NCBI GenBank assembly: GCA_016840085.1
Contig: JAEOTA010000081.1
Coordinates: 32,001 to 96,000, forward strand
Reading direction: 5' to 3'
Source of the DNA: Promethearchaeota archaeon
Lineage (GTDB): Archaea > Asgardarchaeota > Lokiarchaeia > Sigyniarchaeales > SOKP01
DNA length: 64,000 bases
Part shown: positions 39,778 to 49,509 of the stretch, piece by piece
Position numbering within the stretch: the first letter of the stretch is position 1
How the letters are laid out: every line of letters starts with the position of its first letter
Position numbers and translations under genes: made by a program
Notes under the pieces: model-generated
What the model was told of the DNA's origin: nothing
Database searches by the model: none
Seen by the model: the letters and a program-made list of their open reading frames with translations, nothing else

Positions 39778-41643
39778 TTATTGATTTAAAAGATTTTGGA
39801 TTTCATAGATTTGGTCATCTAATTTTTTCACTAAAAGAGTTATTTTCTTCTTTTTTTCTTCAAGTTCTTCAGCAGAAATTTCTCCTTGTAGTTCTTGCAT
39901 ATCATAGTCTAACGCCATTTTATTTAAATTTGCTTTTTTTATCTTTATATCAAGCAATTGTTTTTTCAAATCTTCATTTTGATACCTATTCGTTATTGAA
40001 ATCGCTTCTGTAGTCGTAGAAGTTTCCAAGGGAGGGATTCCTTCAGATTCTTCTTTTAAAACTTTTTGATATTTCATTTCTAGCGGTTTTTCGTCAATTT
40101 TTTGAACAAATGGTTGCTCAGGTTGAGTTTTGATAACATTAGATTTTATTTTTAAAGATGGAGTCGCTGAGAGAGGTTTTGTGATTTTTTGTTCTGCGTC
40201 ACTTTTTATCTGACCATACGGAGAAATTTTTAACTGAGATTTAGCCTCTTTTGGAACAGTAACCACTCTTTTTGGTCGAATTTTAACCATAAAATCTTCA
40301 GGCTTTAATTTTAAACTTGTAGGTTCTTGAGCAATTTCTGGTTTTTTAAGCCCTTCTTGTTTAGGTATTTCCTTAATATCTTCAGTTTTTTCCTGAAGTA
40401 CTTCTTGTTCTATTCTTGGTTTTTCAATTGAAAACGGGCTTTTTTGAGGTGGATTTACTGATGGAGGAAGATGTGGTGGCGGAGGAGTTTTAAAAATTTT
40501 TGGTTCTTCAATGGGTATAGGGGCCTTAGATGTTTCAGACGGAACAGCTTTTTGGACTCTATCCGCATCTATAGGGTGTGCAGGGGTAACTTGCGGTGCT
40601 TCAACTTGTTCTAACATTGTTTTTATTTTTTGTGATTTCTCAAAAAATTCCTTTCCTAATGAATCATCTCCTAATTCCACGCATAAACTACTGATTTTAT
40701 CAAATAGAAATGCTGCTTTATCAAAATCAGCATCCTTCAAAACTTTTGTTGCCTCTTCAATCAATTTATCCCTCTCTAATAATGGCTTTAAAAGAGGAGA
40801 AACCTCTGCACTCATCTCTAAGATATCTGCGATTATTTGAATCATTTTATTACGATTTTCTGGATCTTTAGCTATCATTGAATAAGTTTTCAATCCTAAA
40901 ATTCTTTCGATTTGGGAAGGGTCCATAGCTCCTTCTAAATCTTGTTTATTGCCTATTATAGATGTATGTGCATCAGGTGCTTGTTCTTTTATTAATTCTA
41001 AGAAAAATTTGCTTTTTTCAACATTTTCTAATGTAGAATCAGTAATCAGGAGAACCGCATCACTTCCTTTAATAAAATTATTCCATAAGTAGCTAAATTG
41101 TTCCTGTCCTGCAAAATCCCATAAATGAAAATATAATTTACCAATTCTAATTGTAGCAATTTCGCCTGTGATCGTAGGTATATGTTGCATAGGGATTTCC
41201 TCTGCACGAATTAATTTAGTGATTGTAGTTTTACCTACTCCAGAAAATCCAACTAAAGATATTTTTGGTCTTAAATTTTTATGGATTCCATCTACTATTG
41301 GATCAAAAACTTCGAAAGTTTTGGCATCAAACCTGTGTTGTAGGATATCTTCAAATAAAGTTCCGAATTCTTTTCTACATCTCTCTAATTCTTTTTTAAC
41401 ATTATCAAATTTATCTGTTAACCCAGTTACAAATATGAACAGTAAGTCTAATTCTTTTTGTGTTATAAATGATACTTTAAATTTATAAAAATCATGAGAT
41501 TCTACTATATCTATTTCTCTTGAGGATACATCTTGCATAATTTCTTCTACTAGAAGACTCAATGCTTCTTGTTTCATTGCTTTACCGAAATGCCTATAAT
41601 ATAGAAGCTCTTCACCCTTATATATAAATACTTGACGTAAAAT
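39778..41643 (-). CDS. Longin-like domain + Arf-like small GTPase + Pro-rich linker + C-terminal coiled coil; probable ATT start
   Basis: GFSGVGKTT, IPTI, WDFAGQE, NKQDL; frame extends upstream as (M)LRQVFIYKGEELLYYRHFG to ATT at 41643, bounded by in-frame TGA; SD GGTGA. Confidence 0.88.
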   Translation of the reverse strand: MLRQVFIYKGEELLYYRHFGKAMKQEALSLLVEEIMQDVSSREIDIVESHDFYKFKVSFITQKELDLLFIFVTGLTDKFDNVKKELERCRKEFGTLFEDILQHRFDAKTFEVFDPIVDGIHKNLRPKISLVGFSGVGKTTITKLIRAEEIPMQHIPTITGEIATIRIGKLYFHLWDFAGQEQFSYLWNNFIKGSDAVLLITDSTLENVEKSKFFLELIKEQAPDAHTSIIGNKQDLEGAMDPSQIERILGLKTYSMIAKDPENRNKMIQIIADILEMSAEVSPLLKPLLERDKLIEEATKVLKDADFDKAAFLFDKISSLCVELGDDSLGKEFFEKSQKIKTMLEQVEAPQVTPAHPIDADRVQKAVPSETSKAPIPIEEPKIFKTPPPPHLPPSVNPPQKSPFSIEKPRIEQEVLQEKTEDIKEIPKQEGLKKPEIAQEPTSLKLKPEDFMVKIRPKRVVTVPKEAKSQLKISPYGQIKSDAEQKITKPLSATPSLKIKSNVIKTQPEQPFVQKIDEKPLEMKYQKVLKEESEGIPPLETSTTTEAISITNRYQNEDLKKQLLDIKIKKANLNKMALDYDMQELQGEISAEELEEKKKKITLLVKKLDDQIYEIQNLLNQ

Positions 41644-41683
41644 AGCTTTTCACCAAAAAAGTATATAATTTACCCTCTTAAAA

Positions 41684-42172
41684 CTAATTCGAGAGATATT
41701 TTACTAAATCCTTAATAATCGAATATTTATCCTTTTTAATTTTTTCTTCTTTTAAAGTATCTTCTATTTTTGTAATCTCTTTTGAGAAATCAAAGATAGA
41801 AAATTCATGAATCTCTTCTTCAGAACTTTCACTTAATTTTTTCAAAAAAACACCAATACTTGGCATAAATTTTGCTAAGTTTACGCTTAATTCAAGTTTA
41901 GAAATTAATATTAAATCTTCTATAAATGTAAATAAATAGTTATTCTTTTTAGCTTCCAACGCAAATGAATTAATATTTTCTAAACTTAATTCAGCAGCAA
42001 TTTCTTTAGAATTTGAAATCAATGATAGAATTTTTTGAGGAATTACTTTTCCTTTAGAGAATTCCTTAATTGCCGATCCTAGTATAATTCCATATTTATT
42101 AGCGATTGCACATTCAGCATTTAAGTCAGATTTTAGTTGAGAGATAATTTCCTCGTAATTAATTTGATTCAT
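41684..42172 (-). CDS. Roadblock/LC7-like protein
   Basis: CAIANKYGIILGS beta-hairpin and alpha-beta-beta-alpha-beta-beta-beta-alpha pattern; directly upstream of the GTPase. Confidence 0.6.
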   Translation of the reverse strand: MNQINYEEIISQLKSDLNAECAIANKYGIILGSAIKEFSKGKVIPQKILSLISNSKEIAAELSLENINSFALEAKKNNYLFTFIEDLILISKLELSVNLAKFMPSIGVFLKKLSESSEEEIHEFSIFDFSKEITKIEDTLKEEKIKKDKYSIIKDLVKYLSN

Positions 42173-42284
42173 AATTTGGAAGTATTGCTTTTTAATAAAT
42201 AATGAAAACCTATTTATTTATATTTATTTTGTTATTAGAATCAATATAATACTAAGATTCTTAAGAATTTAATAAATAAAGAAA

Positions 42285-43082
42285 TTGAAAACATTTAAAA
42301 CACATTTTTCAGAAAAAGAATCTGATATTACGATTATTTCTGAATCGAAATCAGCAATATTAAGAGCTAAAGACACTTTATTTTTTCATAGAAATAATTT
42401 AGAAAGATATATTAAAAAAAATAATAATTTTTTAACTTCCTTCTCTCCAGTAAAAGTAAAAACAAGTTTAAGGATTGTTAATTTAATGGCAGAAGTAGCC
42501 TATATCTGTGATGTTGGTCCTATGGCTTCTGTAGCAGGAGCTTTAGCTGATTTAATGTTAGAAGCAATGAAAATAAAGGATAATACTACAGAAATTGATT
42601 TTATTCCAGCAAAAATTGCGTTAGTTGAAAATGGGGGTGAAATTTCAATAGATTCAATTAAACCAATGAAAGTTGCTTTATTCGCTGGATATAATGAATT
42701 AAATCTAAATATAGGATTCTTAATAGAAAAAAAAGATTGTCCTTTAGGAATTGGTACTAGTTCTGCTACAATAGGGCATGCGATTAGTTTAGGACAAGCT
42801 GATGTGGTGACAATCTTTGCAGAAAATGCAGCGTTAGCAGATACTGCAGCTACTAAAATTGGAAACTTAGTAAAGGGTAAAGATATCGAAACATCAATAA
42901 AAAAAGGTTTGGATGCCGTGGATAACATTTTTGGGGTTTCAGGAGCTTTTATTAGCAGAGAAAATAAAGTTGGTCAAACTGGTAAGTTGCCTAAATTAAT
43001 AAAGATTGAAGGAAATAAGAAAAAGATTCTTAAAGAAAAATTGGATAATATCTTTCCTGGAGATTATGAAATTTTTAGATAA
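42285..43082 (+). CDS. UPF0280/ApbE-like protein
   Basis: VGPMASVAGA, VENGGEI, GIGTSSATIGHAISLG.AD, ADTAAT. Confidence 0.9.
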   Translation: MKTFKTHFSEKESDITIISESKSAILRAKDTLFFHRNNLERYIKKNNNFLTSFSPVKVKTSLRIVNLMAEVAYICDVGPMASVAGALADLMLEAMKIKDNTTEIDFIPAKIALVENGGEISIDSIKPMKVALFAGYNELNLNIGFLIEKKDCPLGIGTSSATIGHAISLGQADVVTIFAENAALADTAATKIGNLVKGKDIETSIKKGLDAVDNIFGVSGAFISRENKVGQTGKLPKLIKIEGNKKKILKEKLDNIFPGDYEIFR

Positions 43083-45360
43083 CCCAATAAAGAGGAGTTT
43101 CCACCCCTTTCATCGTTTTTGATGATAATATTTTGTTTAAATAATCGAGAGTGTAATATTCTTCTAATTCCTCTTTTGATAATTGTCCAAATAAATCTCC
43201 TCCCTTGTTTATTATATATTCACCTGCGAAAATAATATAGACATCTGTATTATAATCACTTTTAATTTTACTTAAGATATTAATGCCACTCTCATTGATA
43301 TGGTTATTAGGAGGAAATAAATCAGTTTCATTTTTCAAAAAAATAAAATTCTCATTATAAGTAAACGAACCATCTTGATCACTAAAAAGATAATCATAAT
43401 GATTAAATACATGATTCCATCCAACTTTAGTAAAGATAACATTTTTATCCACAGTGTTATTTGAATACCATTGAATAGAACTTGCATCCCTCTTCTTTAC
43501 ATCAAAAACTTCATAACTGACTGACTCATAAAAATAAGATGTAAATAATGAAAATGATATTATCATTAAAAAGGTAAATTTTAGTCTAAAGTTTTTAAAT
43601 TTGTTTAACCTTATAAGCTTATATATATACGAAATAAACCCAATCACAATAAATGGAGGTATAAGATATAGAATTCTTTGCCAAATCAAATTACTAAGAA
43701 TAAAAACGTTAAAAATAAAACCTATTGCCAATAATATAATGAGACTTAATCCCCAAATAAATATCGGTTTTCCTCTTGGCTTTTTTTGAAATAGAATCAT
43801 TCCCCATATAGAAAATGCGCTTATTAATATAATTTCAGTTACATAGAATATATTAATCATTTCTATTTTAAGCCAGAACAAGTTTACGATCAATAAAACA
43901 ACTACAAGGAGAATCAAAATACTTAAAATTAGTGGAATTATTATTCTGTCTTCGATTCTTTTGTAAAAATTATTTCCTTCTCCTTTAATCACAGATGAAA
44001 ATCTTCCTTTAGTAAAAATGATTGATTTTTGTAATCTCCAGAATAAAATAGCTCCAGCTGTAACCCCGGCTATAATCATAAATAGTAAGAGATACCATGA
44101 GATATTGAATGGAATTAAAAACCAATAATGTCCACTTCCAATTCCAAAATAACTTAATACTAAAAAAATCCCTAATAATCCTACTAAAAAGATTAAGTCA
44201 AAACCGCGCTTGTAATCTTTCAAAAAATAAATAAAATATAACCATAAATAAGAGATTAAAAATATTATAGATGTGACTACGTGCGTAAGAACAGCACTAA
44301 TAAAGATTATCGTAATTATTATATAAAAGAAAGAAATGTTTGTAAGAATGTCTTTTCTCTGTGGGCGTTCTACTTTAATAAAATTTTGTAATCGTACATA
44401 TAGAAGGAAAAATATAGCTAGACATTTAATTAACGCGGAACCTGAAGGCCAATATTGAAGCATCATTGTAGAGAAGCCTAGCGAAGAAAACTCTAAAATA
44501 AATACACTAAGAAATGCTAGATTCCGATTTTTAAATATTCTTAAAGATATATTATAGAAAACAAGAGCAGAAAGAAAGAAAGTATAAAATACCAAAAATT
44601 TTGGTAAAAGTACATGATTCAAACCAGAAAAAAAATTGATTACTGCTCCAAAAATACTTAAACCCATTTCTCCATGATATTCTTTAATAGGAATAATATT
44701 TTCACTTGTTATTCTTTGGCTATTAAGAATATGAAGCCATGGATCAGTTCCACCAAAATTACTAAATTTAAAAATATTCATAATACAGATTAAGAAGATA
44801 AAAATTATTAAGAGGATGCCATTTAGAGGTATGTTGTCTTTGAAAAATTTATATAGAGAGAACTTATTGATTTTTTCATGTTTATTTTTCAAATACTCTT
44901 TAGATTTAATGAAATTATATAATCCTTTTTTCCATTCACCAAATATTATAATAATTATTAACAGTAAAAAAAATATTAAAGTAAAAGAAAAGAAAAAAAA
45001 CCCTATAATTGGAATACCTATCCAATATCCAATATAACCTATAAAAATGTAAAAAGCTGAATTAATAACTATTGTTAGACTTAATTTTTCTAAAAAACTA
45101 AAATTCTGCTTTTTCATTAGTATGAAAAAGATGGGGTAAGTGGGTAAAAATAATAAAGCAAAAATGGTACTAATAATTACACTCGATTGAAAAAGATATT
45201 CAAGAATAAAGATATCTGCTATACCTAAAAAAGTAGTAAAATTAATTAATTTAAAAAAAATGAATGTAAAAGAAACTATAGAAATTATAAAAATAAATAG
45301 ATTTATTCTTGAATAAATGGAAAGTAATGCTGTGGTTATTTTATTTTTAATATTATTCAT
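43075..45360 (-). CDS. Polytopic membrane protein, possible GT-C-fold glycosyltransferase/polymerase
   Basis: Many TM helices, GTDPWLH loop motif, soluble C-terminal domain; located in glycan cluster. Confidence 0.6.
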   Translation of the reverse strand: MNNIKNKITTALLSIYSRINLFIFIISIVSFTFIFFKLINFTTFLGIADIFILEYLFQSSVIISTIFALLFLPTYPIFFILMKKQNFSFLEKLSLTIVINSAFYIFIGYIGYWIGIPIIGFFFFSFTLIFFLLLIIIIIFGEWKKGLYNFIKSKEYLKNKHEKINKFSLYKFFKDNIPLNGILLIIFIFLICIMNIFKFSNFGGTDPWLHILNSQRITSENIIPIKEYHGEMGLSIFGAVINFFSGLNHVLLPKFLVFYTFFLSALVFYNISLRIFKNRNLAFLSVFILEFSSLGFSTMMLQYWPSGSALIKCLAIFFLLYVRLQNFIKVERPQRKDILTNISFFYIIITIIFISAVLTHVVTSIIFLISYLWLYFIYFLKDYKRGFDLIFLVGLLGIFLVLSYFGIGSGHYWFLIPFNISWYLLLFMIIAGVTAGAILFWRLQKSIIFTKGRFSSVIKGEGNNFYKRIEDRIIIPLILSILILLVVVLLIVNLFWLKIEMINIFYVTEIILISAFSIWGMILFQKKPRGKPIFIWGLSLIILLAIGFIFNVFILSNLIWQRILYLIPPFIVIGFISYIYKLIRLNKFKNFRLKFTFLMIISFSLFTSYFYESVSYEVFDVKKRDASSIQWYSNNTVDKNVIFTKVGWNHVFNHYDYLFSDQDGSFTYNENFIFLKNETDLFPPNNHINESGINILSKIKSDYNTDVYIIFAGEYIINKGGDLFGQLSKEELEEYYTLDYLNKILSSKTMKGVETPLYWVI

Positions 45361-45374
45361 CTTTTTTAAAGGAT

Positions 45375-46346
45375 TTACGATATCTGTAAATCTATTTTAT
45401 ATTTTTGACTATGCCATGTAAAATACTCTCTCAATCCTTCTTCTTGTGTATATTTTGGCTGGTAATTTATAATTTTTTTAGCCTTAGAAATATCACCAAA
45501 ACTATGTAATATATCACCAGGCCGAGGATCTGTATATGTAATCTTTAAATCTTCTCTGTTTGTTAATTTTAAAATCAATTTTGCGAGATCTGTTAATTTA
45601 ATTGGAGAACCAGCTGCTATATTTAAAATTTCACCTTTTATATTATGCTCAACAGCTAATATATTAGTCTGAATTACATCTTCAACATAAGTAAAATCCC
45701 TTGATTGCTCTCCATTACCAAATATTATTAGATTCTTATTATTGATGAGTCTTCCTAACCAAATTGCGATTACCCCGCTATAAGTTGAATCCTTTTGTCT
45801 TGGACCAAAAACATTAAAATATCTCAAAGATACTGTCTTTAATCCATAAATTTGATAATATACCTGCATATACGCCTCACCAGTCATTTTAGATACACCA
45901 TAAGGAGAAATTGGTAAACAATTCATATCCTCCCTTTTAGGTAATTCAGGACTATCTCCATATACTGAAGAACTTGACGCAAAGATGATCTTTTCGACAT
46001 CCATTTTCCTGGCTGCATTTAAAATGTTTAATGTACCATTCACATTAACATCATTGCATGATTCTGGCATTAATATTGATTGAGGTACACTAGTAAATGC
46101 TGCTTCATGATATATGATGTCAATATCTTCAAAGATTTCTAATAAAAAGTTTAAATCTCTTATATCCCCTTTTTTAAATTTAAAATTTTTGTGTTCTAAA
46201 ACATTTTCTAAATTGTCTAAACTGCCATTAAATAGGTTATCAACACCTATTACTTCTGCCCCTAATTCAATTAATTTACTTGTTATATTACTTCCGATGA
46301 ACCCAGCAGCTCCAGTAACAAGAATTCTTTTATCTTCAATTTTCAT
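45375..46346 (-). CDS. NAD-dependent nucleotide-sugar epimerase (GalE/WbpP-like)
   Basis: TGAAGFIGS, ASSSSVYG, YGVSK, LRYFNVFGPRQ. Confidence 0.93.
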   Translation of the reverse strand: MKIEDKRILVTGAAGFIGSNITSKLIELGAEVIGVDNLFNGSLDNLENVLEHKNFKFKKGDIRDLNFLLEIFEDIDIIYHEAAFTSVPQSILMPESCNDVNVNGTLNILNAARKMDVEKIIFASSSSVYGDSPELPKREDMNCLPISPYGVSKMTGEAYMQVYYQIYGLKTVSLRYFNVFGPRQKDSTYSGVIAIWLGRLINNKNLIIFGNGEQSRDFTYVEDVIQTNILAVEHNIKGEILNIAAGSPIKLTDLAKLILKLTNREDLKITYTDPRPGDILHSFGDISKAKKIINYQPKYTQEEGLREYFTWHSQKYKIDLQIS

Positions 46347-46475
46347 ATTTAATCAATTAAAAATCTTGAGATTATTTTTATTAAAATCTTGTAATGTTAT
46401 TTAACATTTTTAATAAAATTGATAACCTAAACATGTTCATAAAGAAGAAATTTTTTAATAGTATTTTAAAAATTA

Positions 46476-47627
46476 TTAGCGTGAATCCGTTAAATATTTC
46501 ATAAATTCTTTTTTATACTCTTTTGGAAGTTTATCTGGTCTTTTTAGGTCTGAATCAGGACTTACTTTAGTTTTAATCAAGATCATAATTGGACCTTCTC
46601 GATTTTTAATATCTTCTAATGATTCTAATAATTTCTCTTTAGATTCTATTAAAATTCCTAATTTGTAATTTGATGCCAAGGCTATATTAGTGAATTTAAC
46701 ATTGGGAGAATTTGTAGGTTGACTTCCTGTAGATTCATGAACTTCATTATCTAATATAATATGAACGAAGTTTGTAGGTGAATACTTTCCAATCGTTGTA
46801 AAAGCCCCCATTTGCATAATTGTTGCTCCATCTCCATCAAATACAATTACTCTTTTATCTGGCTTTTGAAGAGCTATACTTAATCCAATAGAACTAGCGC
46901 ATCCCATTGATCCAATATTATAGAAACTTTTATTATGTTCTTTTTTTCTTGATTCTCTATACTCAAATAATTTTCTTGAAATATATCCTGTGGTAGAAAC
47001 AATAATTTCATCATTAGTTAAATTATTCATAATTAACTCTATTACTTCTTTCGTTGTCAATGAATAATTATTTAATGATTTTTTTTTCATTTCATAAAAT
47101 TGAAAGAAATTTCGTCGAAAAATTAAAGCATATGGACCATTTTCTTTCTTAAGATACTCAATTACCTTCTTAATCTCGTTTTTAATTAAAACTAAATCTG
47201 GTTTAAGGATAGTATAAGGAATTTGCAATGTATCTAATAATGGGAGCATAATTTCACCCATTTTCTTATGTTGAGGTGCATCAATTTTATCAGGTTCACC
47301 TCTCCACCCAATCATTAAGAGAACAGGAATTGAGTATACTTCTGGATCACATAATGACGTAATAGGATTGATTGTCTTCCCAAATCCAGAATTTTGCATA
47401 TAAACAATTCCTATTTTATTTGTTGCTAAATGATAACCAGAAGCAATAGCAATAGCTTCACATTCATTGCAAGCAACAACATTTTTTAGACCTTTTCCAT
47501 CATTATCAGCTAAGTATTTCATCCAATCTTTAAATGTGGAATCAGGGATTCCAGTAAAGAAAGTAAAATCAAAATTTTTTAAAATTTCAAAAAAATCCTC
47601 GCACCTAATCATTTTTATCATCAACAA
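46476..47627 (-). CDS. ppd: Phosphonopyruvate decarboxylase
   Basis: FFTGIPDS, YMQNSGFG, GWRGEP..DAPQH, STTG..SR, GSMGCAS, DGDGA..M, HESTG.QP. Confidence 0.93.
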   Translation of the reverse strand: MLMIKMIRCEDFFEILKNFDFTFFTGIPDSTFKDWMKYLADNDGKGLKNVVACNECEAIAIASGYHLATNKIGIVYMQNSGFGKTINPITSLCDPEVYSIPVLLMIGWRGEPDKIDAPQHKKMGEIMLPLLDTLQIPYTILKPDLVLIKNEIKKVIEYLKKENGPYALIFRRNFFQFYEMKKKSLNNYSLTTKEVIELIMNNLTNDEIIVSTTGYISRKLFEYRESRKKEHNKSFYNIGSMGCASSIGLSIALQKPDKRVIVFDGDGATIMQMGAFTTIGKYSPTNFVHIILDNEVHESTGSQPTNSPNVKFTNIALASNYKLGILIESKEKLLESLEDIKNREGPIMILIKTKVSPDSDLKRPDKLPKEYKKEFMKYLTDSR

Positions 47628-47635
47628 ATAAAGAT

Positions 47636-48352
47636 TTAATTATTTTTTTTAAAATACTGCTTTGCTTTTTCTAAATCTTTGTGATCATCAATTTCAATAC
47701 AAAATTCATTAAAAAAACAAGGTTTTAAAACTATTTTATCTAAAATTTCATTTAGTGCATCTTCAGCATAGCAATTTACCTTATTATAGCTTACAAAAAT
47801 TTCTATTTGTTCAAACCATTGTTTCATAAATTCTTTTGATAATTTATATAATGGAGCTAAAAATGCTGTTTGTGGTCCTGACAAATCTACTCCTATCTTA
47901 TATATCCTATTATTTAAAATATTTGCTTTAAAGTCCTTCACGGGAGGGGGAATCTCTTTATTTACTAATACACAGTTTATATCTTTAGAATCAACTAAAA
48001 GCTTTATCAGATTTTCAGAAATTATTAAATCTCCATGAGAAATCAAAATATCATCAGTAATAACATCTCGAGCTAAATAAATTGAATATATATAATTGGT
48101 ATTTTCATAACGGGGATTATGAATAAATTGAACTTCAATAGAAGGATAAAACTTTTTAATATAGGATTTAATTTGATTCTCAAATGGACCAGTTGGAATT
48201 ATAAACTCTTTAAAGTTAAACTTAACGATGTTTCTTATTTGATAATCTAATATTGTTTCGTCATTATTAATTTTAACAAGGCATTTAGGCTTATTATTAG
48301 TTAATGGCGCTAATCTTTTGCCAATCCCTGCGTTTAACAATATCACTTTCAT
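47636..48352 (-). CDS. Phosphocholine/phosphonyl cytidylyltransferase (LicC/PntC-like)
   Basis: LNAGIGKRL..LT..KPKCL, NP.Y..TNYIYS, HGDL, EIDD..DL. Confidence 0.85.
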   Translation of the reverse strand: MKVILLNAGIGKRLAPLTNNKPKCLVKINNDETILDYQIRNIVKFNFKEFIIPTGPFENQIKSYIKKFYPSIEVQFIHNPRYENTNYIYSIYLARDVITDDILISHGDLIISENLIKLLVDSKDINCVLVNKEIPPPVKDFKANILNNRIYKIGVDLSGPQTAFLAPLYKLSKEFMKQWFEQIEIFVSYNKVNCYAEDALNEILDKIVLKPCFFNEFCIEIDDHKDLEKAKQYFKKNN

Positions 48353-49509
48353 CTTATATCATTTAAGATTTTCCTTAATTTTGTTTCTGTAAGTAAACGA
48401 GGATTATTTTTTACTCTTTCAGGATTGAATCCATTTTTTATAATTAATTCAATATCCTCCTGAGTCTTAATATGCAAATTCTCTAATTTTATTTCTAATC
48501 CAATATTTATTATTAAATTTCTAATAATTTCTCGTGCTTCGATAAAATCTGAAGCACCAATTATTGAAATTAGTTCTTTCATAACCTTTTTAACATATTC
48601 AACTCCACGTGAATCTATTATATCATCTTCACTCACATCTGAATTAAAGACAATCATAGAAGGTAAAGTCAAAGCAACTGCATGTCCATGAGGTATATTA
48701 AAGTATGAAGTAATAGGATATGAAATAGCATGACAAGCAGTCGTTTTTGTGATGTTTATTGCTTTTCCAGCATAATTTGCCGCAATTACCATATTATACC
48801 TAGATTTTTTATCAGGGGTGTTAACAGCTTTTATTAAATTATTTAATATAAGCTCAATTGCCTTCTTCGCATAGTTTTTTGATTCATCAGTAGAATTTAT
48901 ATTCCAAAAAGATTCAATAGCTTGAGTGAGTGCATCTAAACCGGAAACAGCAGTGTTTTTTTTCGACAAGCTGTATGTAAACTGAGGATCGACAATCACA
49001 TATTCTGGTTGTAAGTATTCTGGTTCTGCTAAAGAATATTTATCTTTATCTATGTAAACAACAGCAAAATGAGTTGCTTCACTCCCAGAACCTGCTGTTG
49101 TTGGAATCCGAATTAAAGGTATGCCTTTTTTTTTTATTTCTTTTTTTTTTACGATAAGATCTATAGGAGAATTATCATTAGTTGATAAAATTGAAATAGA
49201 TTTTCCCATATCTAAGACTGATCCTCCTCCAACAGCGATAATTACATCAAAATCTTGGCTTTTAAATAAGTCTAATCCTTTTTTTATATCATTTAATTTT
49301 GGATTTGGAGAAAAATCATTGAATTGGATATAATCATAATTTTTGAGAATCTTAAGAAGCTTTTCTTTTATAATAGTCTTCTCAAAAGAATCTTTTCCTG
49401 TTATTAGGAATATATTTTTAAAGGTATTCTTTCTTAAAATCGTCTTTAATTTATTAATAGAGTTAAATCCTAAATATTCTATCATTTTTGTGTTATATTT
49501 ATTAATCAA
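48349..49509 (-). CDS. Fe-dependent alcohol dehydrogenase, probable phosphonoacetaldehyde reductase (PhpC-like)
   Basis: GGGSVLD, IPTTAGSGSEAT, GLDAL.QAIES, T.ACHAISYP, HGHAV, NNPR; overlaps pepM by 4 nt. Confidence 0.85.
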   Translation of the reverse strand: MINKYNTKMIEYLGFNSINKLKTILRKNTFKNIFLITGKDSFEKTIIKEKLLKILKNYDYIQFNDFSPNPKLNDIKKGLDLFKSQDFDVIIAVGGGSVLDMGKSISILSTNDNSPIDLIVKKKEIKKKGIPLIRIPTTAGSGSEATHFAVVYIDKDKYSLAEPEYLQPEYVIVDPQFTYSLSKKNTAVSGLDALTQAIESFWNINSTDESKNYAKKAIELILNNLIKAVNTPDKKSRYNMVIAANYAGKAINITKTTACHAISYPITSYFNIPHGHAVALTLPSMIVFNSDVSEDDIIDSRGVEYVKKVMKELISIIGASDFIEAREIIRNLIINIGLEIKLENLHIKTQEDIELIIKNGFNPERVKNNPRLLTETKLRKILNDIR

